From a virus (taxonomy: Duplodnaviria; Heunggongvirae; Uroviricota; Caudoviricetes): a stretch of 64,000 nt of DNA. A program made the translations under genes and the position numbers. The notes under the pieces are model-generated. The model made no database searches. It saw nothing but the letters and a program-made list of their open reading frames with translations, and was not told where the DNA came from. The stretch spans positions 1 through 64,000 of the IMG/VR virus record IMGVR_UViG_3300047393_000041, one strand, 5' to 3'. Of the stretch, positions 44,975-55,189 are shown piece by piece (position 1 is the stretch's first letter; each line of letters opens with the position of its first letter).

Positions 44975-46498
44975 ATGAGTAGTAAATTTTTATCGTTAGA
45001 CTGGTTCAAAGAAACAGCAGAGAATGCAATTGGTAAAGTGGTGGCTAATAAGTTAGAGAGCTTGATGGAACAAGAAGTTCCTGTAGAATGTCAAACTCAT
45101 GCTAAAATTAAGCCTTACATGACAATGAAGTTGGTTAATGATACACTCACCGTGGTGTTGAGGAATGGTGATGTATTAAGTAAACCTGCAGCAACAGAAG
45201 AAGATTTCTATGCTGTAAGTAATGCTACAGATGAGCATGAGATAGATGTAATTATGTCTTCTCGTGAGGTGATGGCTGATTTAGAAGCAATTAGACAAGA
45301 AGCGGTTAGAATTCAAACATTGCAAAAAGGTATTGAGTTACTTGGTGCACTTCCTGATTTCACTGTAGAAGGTAACACTGTGTATTTAAAAGGTACATCT
45401 AGAAGTCTTCCTCCATTATTAGTAGAAAGATTTATCATAGTTGTAAATGATGTAAAATATTATACAGAATTTGGAGATGTTCAAGAAGCTCTTAACCAAA
45501 ATGATGATTACGTAGCATTGAAAAACTTCTTCATGTGGTGTTGTTTAAACCCAAGAGCTGAAGTGGCACATGAGCTATACAGATTCTTAGAAGAGAATAG
45601 CTTTAGAATCACTAAACAAGGATTTGTTGTAGCTTTAAGAAATGTTGTAACACTTCATGGATCTCCAGAACTAGTTCACTTTGTAAGTAACTCTTATAAT
45701 AAAGTGAAAGCTGTATGGAAAAAGAATCCAGATAATTACATTGTATTCTTACAAGATGGTGAGTATAAACTTGTAGATAAAGGTCATTTAACAAAGATTG
45801 AAACACACACATCTACAACATGTCCAGATTGTGATGGTGAAGGTTATGATGATTGGAATGATGATGATGAATGGGAAGATTGTTATGAGTGTGATGGTAC
45901 AGGAGAAGTAGAAGAATATGAATACACTGTAGAAGTTCCAATAGACCATGGTCAAAAGATTGGTGGATTAACAGAATTGTATTTAGATCTTCCTAATAGA
46001 GAAGAGAATAGATTCACTGATGACTGGACCAAAACATTTGATATTCGTATTGGACAAGTTACAAGTATGCCACAAGAAGATTGTAACTGGAGTACACAAG
46101 ATTGTGCTGCTGCAGGATTACACTTTACTTCTGATCAAATTCACTATGTAGGATGTGGAGATCAATCAGTAATTGTTCTTATTAATCCTATGAAGGTAGT
46201 AGGTATTGGTAAACATAAAGGTAGATGTTTTGAATATCTTCCAATCATGACTGTTCCAAGAGATGAAGCTACTAGAATATTACATGATGGTGAGTTTGAC
46301 ACATTACAATTAGATGAAGATTATGCTATTCGTGAATTAGAATCTCTTTTAGAGAAAGCTAAAGAAGGATTTGCTACAGAGTCTAAGAAATATGAATTTA
46401 ACATGCCAGCTATTTCAGCTAGAGAAATCAATACAATTGTATTGAATCTAAGTGAAATGAAAGCTAAGATTACTAATCGTGTAACTACGATTAAGTAA
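44975..46498 (+). CDS. zinc-finger protein with DnaJ-type CxxCxGxG repeats
   Basis: 507 aa. Central CPDCDGEGYDDWNDDDEWEDCYECDGTGE gives two CxxCxGxG motifs like the DnaJ cysteine-rich domain. Rest unrecognised. Confidence 0.45.
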   Translation: MSSKFLSLDWFKETAENAIGKVVANKLESLMEQEVPVECQTHAKIKPYMTMKLVNDTLTVVLRNGDVLSKPAATEEDFYAVSNATDEHEIDVIMSSREVMADLEAIRQEAVRIQTLQKGIELLGALPDFTVEGNTVYLKGTSRSLPPLLVERFIIVVNDVKYYTEFGDVQEALNQNDDYVALKNFFMWCCLNPRAEVAHELYRFLEENSFRITKQGFVVALRNVVTLHGSPELVHFVSNSYNKVKAVWKKNPDNYIVFLQDGEYKLVDKGHLTKIETHTSTTCPDCDGEGYDDWNDDDEWEDCYECDGTGEVEEYEYTVEVPIDHGQKIGGLTELYLDLPNREENRFTDDWTKTFDIRIGQVTSMPQEDCNWSTQDCAAAGLHFTSDQIHYVGCGDQSVIVLINPMKVVGIGKHKGRCFEYLPIMTVPRDEATRILHDGEFDTLQLDEDYAIRELESLLEKAKEGFATESKKYEFNMPAISAREINTIVLNLSEMKAKITNRVTTIK

Positions 46499-46560
46499 TA
46501 AATAATATAGTTGGGTTACAATTTTTTCATAACTTTGTAGCCCAACTTAATTATAACAAT

Positions 46561-46950
46561 ATGGCAAAGAGAGTATTAGTCCCAAAGACAAGATGTAGTG
46601 GTACAATGAGCGAGGCAGCCTTCTGGAGCTTCATAAGAAGTGCTTTGAGACAAAAGAGTAGATGGTGGAAACCTATATCAGTGTGTAAGTTAAATGCACG
46701 TAGAGATTATACTGGACCTGGTAAACGCCAGAAGTATGAATATCAATGCAAGAAGTGCAAAACTTGGACTACTGAAAAGAATATTAATGTAGATCATATC
46801 ATCCCTGCAGGAAGCTTAAACACAGCACAAGATTTACCACTATTTGTGGAGAGATTGTTTTGTGAACAAGATAACTTGCAAGTGCTATGTACTGCATGTC
46901 ATGATGTTAAAACATTAAAAGAAAAACAAGCTAAAACTAAAAAAATATGA
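46561..46950 (+). CDS. HNH endonuclease
   Basis: CKKCKTW zinc knuckle, NVDHIIPAGSLN (H-N), NLQVLCTACHDVKT (CxxCH). Confidence 0.65.
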   Translation: MAKRVLVPKTRCSGTMSEAAFWSFIRSALRQKSRWWKPISVCKLNARRDYTGPGKRQKYEYQCKKCKTWTTEKNINVDHIIPAGSLNTAQDLPLFVERLFCEQDNLQVLCTACHDVKTLKEKQAKTKKI

Positions 46951-47312
46951 GTGGAGGACACTGGGATTACATACAGCATAGATTTACTGATGTAGCAGAT
47001 GATATAAATGAATTAGTCGAAAAAAATGGTAAAGCCAAGACTGAAGAAGAACTTAAAGACGAAGGTTGGTATGACCCAGACTGGTATAAAAAATATCCAG
47101 AAGAATTAAATCATCACAAATATCCTGATGAGGTGATTGAAGAGTTTAAAAAAGCAGCAATAGCTGTAGGAATTGCTCAGATATATATTCAGAGAGTTGA
47201 TTGGTTATTATCAGGAGATGATGGTGAAGAATCATTTTTAAGAAGAATCAATGAAGATTTAAAAGAACTAGAAGATGAGCAAAACCAAGAAGAAAAAGTT
47301 CACAGGAGCTAA
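46947..47312 (+). CDS. hypothetical acidic protein
   Basis: 121 aa, ~25% D+E. Confidence 0.4.
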   Translation: MSGGHWDYIQHRFTDVADDINELVEKNGKAKTEEELKDEGWYDPDWYKKYPEELNHHKYPDEVIEEFKKAAIAVGIAQIYIQRVDWLLSGDDGEESFLRRINEDLKELEDEQNQEEKVHRS

Positions 47313-47401
47313 AGCTGTTAGTCGTCAATGTAGAAACAGTGGTTCGTGTCCTTATTGTAGAAAAAATAGATTATATAAACATTTAAAAAGAATATTAGGC
47401 T

Positions 47402-47818
47402 ATGAACAGACTAAAAGATCAGATAATACTGAATAGGGTACAATGTAGAGAATGTGGAGAAGTGTTAACTTCCTACCATAGGCATGATTATAAAACATGT
47501 AGTTGTACTAATGAAACAATGGTAGATGGTGGTAATGAATATCAACGTTATGGAGGATTAAATCTTGACTTAGTTGATATTAGTCTTACTGTATATTTAT
47601 CAGATGATCATGAAATGAACAGGTCAGCTGCTCATTGGGGGAATAGAGGTAAAGATGGATTACAACCATTATCATATAAATCTGTAGCAGATATGTCAAA
47701 TAATCATCTAACTAATATCATTAAAGATATGAAAGGAAGAATTGCTCCTTATATAGAAAACATCATACAAAGTGAATTATTACATCGTTTCATAAATAAA
47801 ATAACAATAGATGACTAA
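47402..47818 (+). CDS. hypothetical zinc-ribbon protein
   Basis: CRECGEV...H..CSC cysteine cluster near N-terminus. Confidence 0.4.
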   Translation: MNRLKDQIILNRVQCRECGEVLTSYHRHDYKTCSCTNETMVDGGNEYQRYGGLNLDLVDISLTVYLSDDHEMNRSAAHWGNRGKDGLQPLSYKSVADMSNNHLTNIIKDMKGRIAPYIENIIQSELLHRFINKITIDD

Positions 47819-48041
47819 CGCAATAACAATAAACAAAGAACCTTCCTTCCATGAAATTTTTCATGAAGGACATGTTGAGCATGAAGGAAAATATCATCAT
47901 TTCTGGTTAGTGCATCCTCAAGGATTAGATGTCAATGGACATAATTACGAAATTGAAATCAGATGGTTTTTCTCAAGAGTACCAAGGGAGATACGAGCTC
48001 TTTATCCACAAATAATTGAAGCATTTAAACAAACATTATGA
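47811..48041 (+). CDS. hypothetical His-rich protein
   Basis: 76 aa. HEIFHEGHVEHEGKYHHFWLVH. Confidence 0.35.
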   Translation: MTNAITINKEPSFHEIFHEGHVEHEGKYHHFWLVHPQGLDVNGHNYEIEIRWFFSRVPREIRALYPQIIEAFKQTL

Positions 48042-48201
48042 AAACATGGAAATGGGAGAATGAACATCTATTTGTAATAAATAGAGAGTTACAGCAATTG
48101 TTAGATGATAAAATAGTGAAGACTGTTGTATCTATGTCTTTAGTATATGTACCTCATCCGAAAGAGCTTTACAAATATAGTGCAATATTAATCTATAAAT
48201 A
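48037..48201 (+). CDS. hypothetical small protein (54 aa; unlisted)
   Basis: Hand-translated MKTWKWENEHLFVINRELQQLLDDKIVKTVVSMSLVYVPHPKELYKYSAILIYK. ATGA and TAATATG overlaps with neighbours. Confidence 0.3.
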
Positions 48202-48203
48202 AT

Positions 48204-48425
48204 ATGAAAACAATAATTCACGTGAATCAACATGTGATTAAGGCCAACAGAAAGAATGGGACCAACAATCCTGTTCTAACTGTTAAGACATATAAGGATA
48301 ATAAGTATGCACATGAAGTGGATATTAAAGGAGATAGTAAGATATGCTATTCTCCAGATAAACCTTTGAGTTGTGGAGCACATGTTTGGATTGAGACATA
48401 TAACGGAGTAACAATAATTAAATAA
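48204..48425 (+). CDS. hypothetical protein
   Basis: 73-aa ORF. Confidence 0.35.
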   Translation: MKTIIHVNQHVIKANRKNGTNNPVLTVKTYKDNKYAHEVDIKGDSKICYSPDKPLSCGAHVWIETYNGVTIIK

Positions 48426-48431
48426 ATAAAT

Positions 48432-49487
48432 ATGATAAAGGGAGTAGCAAAAACAGAAGCTCAATACAGAGCAACACCAATGGATTCATCGAGTTCATTG
48501 AAGGATTTCTCAACAGATAGAAAGAAGTATTATAAAAAGTATTTTCTTGGAGAGAAGGTAGAAGACAAAGATAGTTCAGCAGCTAATATGGGTAGAATAG
48601 TCGAGACCCTACTTATGGAGCCACATCTATTTGATGAGAAGTTCTATATGTCATCTTGTGCATCTACACCAACAGGATTAATGTTGGAATTTGCAGAAGC
48701 ATTATATCGTGTTACAAGAGATGCTACAGATGAATTTGGTGTAGTGACCAGAGATTTTGCAGATATATCGTTAGATGCTTATAACTTATCAGGATTCAAG
48801 ATTAAATATGAAGCTGTAATAGGTAAGTTCTTTGGATCTGATGCAGAAATCTATTATAATGAAATTAGAACTGTTAGAAGCAAGAATTTAACTGTTATCA
48901 ATACAATGGAAGTATCTATTGCTGAGAAGATTGTTGAGCAGCTAAAGACTAATAGCACTACAGCACCAATTGTAAATCTAGTGAACAGTTCTAGATATAC
49001 AGTGATAGATCAAATGATGGTTGAAGGTTATCATATACAAGGACATGAATTTAAGAGCATGCTTGATAAAGTGATTATTGATCACACTGAAAGAGTTATT
49101 ATGCCTTATGATTTAAAATGTACATGGAGTGTAGAGAATTTCTATGAAGAGTATTATCTTTATAGAAGAGCATACATTCAAGCTTATTTATATTATAATG
49201 CAATGTTACATCTAGCAAATAATCCAGATAGTGAATATTTCGGATATAGAGTGGATTATTTAAAATTCATTGTATGTGATAGCACTAACTACTATCAACC
49301 ATTAATTTATACAATTGATATTGATGATATGGAAGATGCGTATCGTGGATTTATACACAAAGGAAGAACTTATCCTGGTGTAGAAGATTTAATCACAGCA
49401 TTGGCATGGTGTAAAGAAACAGATACATGGAATATAAGCCACAAAAATCATTTAACTAACGGAATAGTAAACATCAAAGGAATATAA
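48432..49487 (+). CDS. hypothetical protein; possible PD-(D/E)xK nuclease
   Basis: 351 aa. IIDHTERVIMPYDLKC contains a D...E/D-x-K arrangement. Weak. Confidence 0.35.
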   Translation: MIKGVAKTEAQYRATPMDSSSSLKDFSTDRKKYYKKYFLGEKVEDKDSSAANMGRIVETLLMEPHLFDEKFYMSSCASTPTGLMLEFAEALYRVTRDATDEFGVVTRDFADISLDAYNLSGFKIKYEAVIGKFFGSDAEIYYNEIRTVRSKNLTVINTMEVSIAEKIVEQLKTNSTTAPIVNLVNSSRYTVIDQMMVEGYHIQGHEFKSMLDKVIIDHTERVIMPYDLKCTWSVENFYEEYYLYRRAYIQAYLYYNAMLHLANNPDSEYFGYRVDYLKFIVCDSTNYYQPLIYTIDIDDMEDAYRGFIHKGRTYPGVEDLITALAWCKETDTWNISHKNHLTNGIVNIKGI

Positions 49488-50038
49488 TGAATATAAAAAA
49501 GAACATAACAAGTATATTTATAATTCCTACATTGAGGTTTCCCAAAGATGTATTGAAGAATAATGGATTTATCAATGGATATATAGGTGATAATAGAAAA
49601 AACGAACAATATAAAAATGCTGTTTATATTCTATTTAAGCCCACTGATCTAGATAAATTTAGAGAGTTCTTAGATGATGAATATGAGCGAACCAAAAATA
49701 TAATCGAGGATTATGATTATGAAAATGGATTTGTTGTAGTGGTATATCAACTTAATGAGAAGTTTAATAAAGATTATGAACTTGTCAAGCAGGGTAAATA
49801 TTCCAAAACATCAAAAGCATTTCAAAGTGAGTTTCCAAAATCAGTAAAAGTTATAAAATCAGGTCTTAGCAGAGATGAAATAAGTCTACAAAGTAGAATA
49901 TTCAAGAAAAGTACAGATCTTGTAGAGTTCTGGGAAGATAAGATTGGTATTACATTTGATGAGGATTATGAAGTTTGGGATGGTTGGGACGAAGAAAAAG
50001 AAATATTAAACATTGATAAAATAAAAGAACATGTATAA
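49487..50038 (+). CDS. hypothetical protein
   Basis: 183-aa ORF, ATGA overlap. Confidence 0.4.
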   Translation: MNIKKNITSIFIIPTLRFPKDVLKNNGFINGYIGDNRKNEQYKNAVYILFKPTDLDKFREFLDDEYERTKNIIEDYDYENGFVVVVYQLNEKFNKDYELVKQGKYSKTSKAFQSEFPKSVKVIKSGLSRDEISLQSRIFKKSTDLVEFWEDKIGITFDEDYEVWDGWDEEKEILNIDKIKEHV

Positions 50039-50234
50039 TCACGATATATTAAATAAAATAATTGATGTGTATGGAATAGAAAAAGCTGCTGAATTTTGTG
50101 AAATAATAGCAATGCTTTATAATATTAAATACACAGCATGTAAGGAAAAGGATCCATTAACTGAATTTGATTTTGAAAGAATTTGGTGGAGAGATGCAGG
50201 AATTGAACTGAATAAAGACATTAATATAAAATAA
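50031..50234 (+). CDS. hypothetical protein
   Basis: 67-aa ORF. Confidence 0.35.
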   Translation: MYNHDILNKIIDVYGIEKAAEFCEIIAMLYNIKYTACKEKDPLTEFDFERIWWRDAGIELNKDINIK

Positions 50235-50235
50235 T

Positions 50236-50610
50236 ATGACAGGAATCGAATTATTAGAAAAACATCCAGCATCAGCCACTCTTATAAAAGAGTGGTTTTT
50301 GGAGAAAATGCTTGAATCTTTAAAAACAAATGATATATCAGAAGAGTTTAAAGAACTGATGCGAGATACAGGAGTAGAAGATGATAAAATAGCAACATTA
50401 ATAGACATAAATCCAAGAATGCTATTAGATGTGTTTGATGCTAATCTAATCTTTATTGAAATCTTTTTATATCCAGATAATACATTTACATGTAAAATTG
50501 GTAAACAAGGTACTACAGATTCTTGGAAGACAAGAAAAGAAGCAGAGTTGTTTGCTACAGAAGTAGCATTTGATATATTAGAACAAAAACTTAATACTTC
50601 TGAAGATTAA
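50236..50610 (+). CDS. hypothetical protein
   Basis: 124-aa ORF. Confidence 0.4.
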   Translation: MTGIELLEKHPASATLIKEWFLEKMLESLKTNDISEEFKELMRDTGVEDDKIATLIDINPRMLLDVFDANLIFIEIFLYPDNTFTCKIGKQGTTDSWKTRKEAELFATEVAFDILEQKLNTSED

Positions 50611-50671
50611 TTAGGAATTGATAGGGTAATAGATTATATTTGTTACCCTATAATTTTAAAACAACAAAAAT

Positions 50672-51010
50672 ATGAGAACAAATAAAGAATTTAATGATAA
50701 GTACGATGCTTATTTAGAAAAAGATCATGGAGGTATGCAAATACAAGTTCCAGCAGTGTTAAGTTATATTGATCAAATCTTTAATGATCTTACAGAGATT
50801 CCTGGTTTTCAATATCAACAAATCAAAACTAAATTTGGTTTAGCTAGAGTGCATACAAATCTTGAAGAAATTATGCCATTCGTAGGAAGAGTGATAAATC
50901 AAGAAATTGAAGAGAAGATTAACTTTATTCTTAAAGTGGAATTTGAAGTGCAGAATAGATTACTAAGTTTAAACCTAGACAAAGATGGAAGAAGTATTCA
51001 ACCAGTTTAA
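50672..51010 (+). CDS. hypothetical protein
   Basis: 112-aa ORF. Confidence 0.4.
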   Translation: MRTNKEFNDKYDAYLEKDHGGMQIQVPAVLSYIDQIFNDLTEIPGFQYQQIKTKFGLARVHTNLEEIMPFVGRVINQEIEEKINFILKVEFEVQNRLLSLNLDKDGRSIQPV

Positions 51011-51014
51011 AGGA

Positions 51015-51236
51015 ATGGAAATAGTTCATGCTGACTATAGAGGAATCCTTTGTGGTTATAATGATGAACATTTTATATTAGCTATTAAAGCTACTAGTCA
51101 TGCTTATTCATTTAGAAAGCTTCCTAAAGAATCAGTTATCATGGATGAATATATAAGTAGTAAATATAAATATGTTTATGAAAATGAAACTGAGCTTATA
51201 AAACAATCTAAATATGAAGGAAACATCAGAACTTAA
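51015..51236 (+). CDS. hypothetical protein
   Basis: Start moved to ATG 51015 (MEIVHADYRG...). Confidence 0.35.
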   Translation: MEIVHADYRGILCGYNDEHFILAIKATSHAYSFRKLPKESVIMDEYISSKYKYVYENETELIKQSKYEGNIRT

Positions 51237-51504
51237 ATATTATACCATTTTTGAATTATCTATAATGTTAGGTATAAGTGAAAAATCTGTAAGGAACAAG
51301 GTATCAAAATTAGGTTTACAAAAGTATAAAACAGTTGGAGAAAAAGGAATAGCTGTATACACAGAAGATCAACTTGAATTAATTCGTGGTAAAAAAAGAT
51401 TAAATGATTTAAGTTATGTTCATTTAATTAATGAACGTCATCAAGCTCCAGTTGTGATTACTTATTATATATATGAATCTAAAATGAATAACGAGTATGA
51501 ATGA
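51214..51504 (+). CDS. HTH DNA-binding protein
   Basis: YTIFELSIMLGISEKSVRNKVSKLGL is a classic helix-turn-helix. Confidence 0.45.
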   Translation: MKETSELKYYTIFELSIMLGISEKSVRNKVSKLGLQKYKTVGEKGIAVYTEDQLELIRGKKRLNDLSYVHLINERHQAPVVITYYIYESKMNNEYE

Positions 51505-51682
51505 TGAACAAAAAGATTTTAGCCAAGGACGTGATTATTATTTAGAAGATGGAAGAATTCATTTTACTAAAGATTATCTAGTAAAAAGAAAAACATGTTG
51601 TGGTAATAGTTGCAGACATTGTCCGTATGATGAAAGTATAAAAGGAAATACTTCTTTGAGAAAAGAAGAAGAAGAATATTGA
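51497..51682 (+). CDS. hypothetical Cys-rich protein
   Basis: 61 aa. CCGNSCRHCPY. Confidence 0.35.
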   Translation: MNDEQKDFSQGRDYYLEDGRIHFTKDYLVKRKTCCGNSCRHCPYDESIKGNTSLRKEEEEY

Positions 51683-51718
51683 GTTTTCCAAAACTGTGTT
51701 TTTTATTGTGAAAGAAAG

Positions 51719-51745
51719 AGCCCTAAAGAAATTTAGGGTTTTTTT
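51719..51745 (+). terminator. rho-independent terminator
   Basis: GAGCCCTAAA-gaaa-TTTAGGGTTT followed by T7 run. Confidence 0.6.
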
Positions 51746-51889
51746 GACTAAACTTGTTATTCACAGAAATGATTAAAATATTATCTATAATGTGCTATAT
51801 GTGATACAATTAGCTAACATTTTAGTTATACTTACATTAGGAAAAAACTAAAAAAATGATTAACTTTAAACAATTAAAACAATTAAATA

Positions 51890-52969
51890 ATGGCAAAGAG
51901 AGTAGTAGCAGTTAAAGAAACTAATAACAAGTTTCAAGATGCAGTGGACATCCTAAATAAAAAATATGGTGTTGGTTCAGTATTAGCATTAGATTCTAAA
52001 GCAGGAGGAGATTATGATGTTATCAGTACAGGAAGTATTGGTTTTGATCATATCACTCTTGGTGTTGGAGGATTTGTTAAAGGTAAGCTATATGAGCTTA
52101 TGGGATGGGAAGGTACTGGTAAATCTACAATTTGTGCACATGCTGTTGCAGAGTGTCAAAAAGGAGGAGGAAAAGTGCTATATATTGATGGTGAGAATGC
52201 TGTTGATAAAAAGTATTTTCAACAAATTGGTGTGGACACAACAAAGATGTTAATTGCTCAACCAAGTTGTGGAGAAGAAGGATTTAACATTGCTATGGAG
52301 TTAATCAACACTGGAGAGTTAGATCTTGTAATCATAGATTCAGATTCATCATTAATTCCTAAGAAGATGCTTGATGGTGATGTAGGAGACTCTACAATCG
52401 GTAGAAAAGCTTTATTGAACAGTAATGCTTATCCAAAGCTAAAAGGGGCTCTATCACAACATAATGTATGTGTAATAGTAATTAGTCAGTACAGAGAGAA
52501 GATTGGTGTTATGTTTGGTAATCCAACTACAACTCAAGGAGGACATGCTCTTAAGTTCTATAGCGATGTTCGTATAGAAGTATCAAAAAGTCAAGCTAAA
52601 GATGGTGATGTTATTTATGGTAATATCACTAAGGTAAAATCTATTAAGAATAAAATGTCTCCTCCATATAGAAAATGTGAATTTGAAATAGTATATGGTG
52701 TAGGTATTGACAAACTTGACGAGATGATGACTCTTCTTAATGAATTTGAATTAGGACGTAAATATGGTAAAACTATGACAGTTGATGGAACTAAGTATGA
52801 CTTAGAAGAATTCAAACAACTTGTAGTTGATAATCCAGAGTTTTATGACGAATTAAAAGAGAAAATTGTAGCTAAAATTAATCAAACAGATCTTCCTATT
52901 GAAGAGGAAATAGAAGAAGAAGAAGAATTAGTAGCACCAACACCTAGTTTATTTAACGAAGAATTATAA
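51890..52969 (+). CDS. recA: RecA recombinase
   Basis: Walker A [37 protein letters not shown] nearly identical to bacterial RecA [28 protein letters not shown]. Acidic C-terminal tail. Confidence 0.85.
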   Translation: [359 protein letters not shown]

Positions 52970-53098
52970 TATGAAAACATACACAATAATATATCTACCT
53001 TTTGGTAGAGAAGATAAAGAATGGATAGATGTACAAGCTAATTCTAAAGAAGAAGCTATGAACAATTTCAAAGGTGGAATCATAATACAGATAAGAGA

Positions 53099-53776
53099 AT
53101 GATTATAGGTATATCAGGAAAGATAGGATCTGGTAAAGATACTATTGGAGAGATAATTCAAGGATTGTCTATCACTAATGGAGGAAGAGAGTTTGAAGTT
53201 AAGAAATTTGCAGGGAAGCTAAAACAAATAGCTTCTCTGTTAACAGGTTTTCCTGTAGAGAAGTTTGAAGATCAAGAATTCAAAAAGGCTCTTCTTGGAG
53301 AAGAATGGGGAACTGTGAGACCAAATCCTCTTAATGCTATTCCAGTATTTGAAGATGTACACTTTAATGAACTTATGTCTGTTAGAGAACTTCTTCAAAA
53401 ACTTGGTACAGAAGCTATGCGTGATGGATTACATCAAAATGTATGGGTGAATGCTTTGTTTGCTGATTATAGAAGACCAAAGATGAGTGAACCTAATCCA
53501 AGTAATTGGATTGTTACAGATGTTAGGTTTCCTAATGAATTAGCAGCAATCAATGATGTGAATGGATTAACTATTAGAATTACAAGTCCATTTATTAGAT
53601 TCTCAGATGGATCATATAGAGCTAAATCTAAAATGATGGGAGATTTCGACAATGAACACCCTTCAGAAACAGCTCTGGATGATGCTGAGTTTGATTATGA
53701 AATCATTAATGATGGATCTATAGATGATCTAATATCAAAAGTTAGACAAATATTAATAACAGAAAAAATTATATGA
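53099..53776 (+). CDS. deoxynucleoside monophosphate kinase (T4 gp1-like)
   Basis: MIIGISGKIGSGKDTIGEII parallels T4 Dnk MKLIFLSGVKRSGKDTTADFI. Confidence 0.5.
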   Translation: MIIGISGKIGSGKDTIGEIIQGLSITNGGREFEVKKFAGKLKQIASLLTGFPVEKFEDQEFKKALLGEEWGTVRPNPLNAIPVFEDVHFNELMSVRELLQKLGTEAMRDGLHQNVWVNALFADYRRPKMSEPNPSNWIVTDVRFPNELAAINDVNGLTIRITSPFIRFSDGSYRAKSKMMGDFDNEHPSETALDDAEFDYEIINDGSIDDLISKVRQILITEKII

Positions 53777-54198
53777 CAATAAACATAGATTTTGATGGAA
53801 CTTGTGTAACTCATAGTTTTCCACAAATAGGTAAAAGTATTGGTTCTGTACCAGTACTTAGAAAATTAACTGATGCAGGACATCATCTCATATTATTTAC
53901 TATGAGAAGTAATAGAATAACATTTAAAACAATCAATAAGCATATTGTTCCTGATGTAAAAGGAACATTTTTAAATGATGCCATACAATGGTTCATAGAC
54001 AATGAAATTCCTTTATACGGTGTAAATAGTGATCCAGATCAACATAACTGGACAGAGAGTCCTAAAAGTTTTGCTGATTTAATGATAGATGACTCAGCTC
54101 TTGGATGTCCATTAAAATATGATCCAAGTTTATCACATAGACCATTTGTAGATTGGGAAGAAGTAGAGAAATTATTAATACAACAAAAATTTATATAA
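53773..54198 (+). CDS. HAD-superfamily hydrolase-like protein (possible nucleotidase)
   Basis: HAD motif I INIDFDGTCV (DxDGT). 141 aa. Confidence 0.4.
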   Translation: MTINIDFDGTCVTHSFPQIGKSIGSVPVLRKLTDAGHHLILFTMRSNRITFKTINKHIVPDVKGTFLNDAIQWFIDNEIPLYGVNSDPDQHNWTESPKSFADLMIDDSALGCPLKYDPSLSHRPFVDWEEVEKLLIQQKFI

Positions 54199-54884
54199 TG
54201 AACACTGTAGAACTAATGGGTTACTACGGAGATGATAAAATCCACGCTTTATCAGCGTGGACATCTACCTCTAGAGATCTTACACCAGAGAAAGAAGAAA
54301 GAATACCAAATTTACTAAGCATGTTAGCTAATGACGGACATCATACACCCTTTGAGAAGAGTTCTTTACACTTCTTGGTAAATGTAGATCAAGCAACTCA
54401 TATTCATCTCTTAAAACATCGAATTGGTGTTTCAATTAATGGAGAGAGCGCTAGATATAAAGAGTTAAAGGAAGATAAAACTTATATACCTAAAGATTGG
54501 AAAGGAGTTATTCTTCAAGAAGATTTATATATTAATGATGAAGAAAATGAAGTAAAATGGAGTAAAGAAGAAAGCGATTGGTATGATGTATTAAAAGAAT
54601 TTTCAATATTGTCCAATGCGTTATATCATGATTGTTTAGAAGACTTAACTCCTGTATTAGGTAGAAAAAGAGCTAAGGAATCAGCAAGGTTCTTTAAAAC
54701 TATGAATTCTCAAATCACTATGGATATAATGTTTAATTGGAGAAGCTTTGCTCACTTCCAAGGATTGAGAAACTCAGAACATTCACAGTTAGAAGTTAGG
54801 GAATTAGCACAACAAATGTTAGAATTAGTTAAAAACATTGAAGGAAATCCCTTCGAACAAACCATTAAAGCGTTTAAATTATGA
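54198..54884 (+). CDS. thyX: flavin-dependent thymidylate synthase ThyX
   Basis: ThyX signature LKHRIGVSINGESARY (RHRxxSxxxxSxRY). Start at ATG 54198 (TAATG overlap). Confidence 0.8.
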   Translation: MNTVELMGYYGDDKIHALSAWTSTSRDLTPEKEERIPNLLSMLANDGHHTPFEKSSLHFLVNVDQATHIHLLKHRIGVSINGESARYKELKEDKTYIPKDWKGVILQEDLYINDEENEVKWSKEESDWYDVLKEFSILSNALYHDCLEDLTPVLGRKRAKESARFFKTMNSQITMDIMFNWRSFAHFQGLRNSEHSQLEVRELAQQMLELVKNIEGNPFEQTIKAFKL

Positions 54885-55189
54885 AAAGTTACAATGAATT
54901 AGAAGTATTAGTGTTAGGATGGGCAGAACAAAAAGGAATCTTTCAAAAAGGAACACCAATAGCTCAAGCATGTAAAACTATGGAAGAATGTACAGAACTT
55001 ATAACTGCTGTAGCATTTGAGAATAAAGAAGAAACAATAGATGCGCTAGGTGATATTTTAGTGACTATTATTATTCAAGCAGAGATGCAAGGATTAAGCT
55101 TGACAGAATGTTTAGAGAGTGCATACAATGTAATTTCAAAACGTACAGGTAAGATGGTAGATGGTCAATTTGTAAAAGATGCAAAGTAG
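54881..55189 (+). CDS. mazG: MazG-like nucleoside triphosphate pyrophosphohydrolase
   Basis: EECTELITAV...ALGDILVTIII matches MazG EExGEL/GDxL helices. 102 aa. Confidence 0.5.
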   Translation: MKSYNELEVLVLGWAEQKGIFQKGTPIAQACKTMEECTELITAVAFENKEETIDALGDILVTIIIQAEMQGLSLTECLESAYNVISKRTGKMVDGQFVKDAK

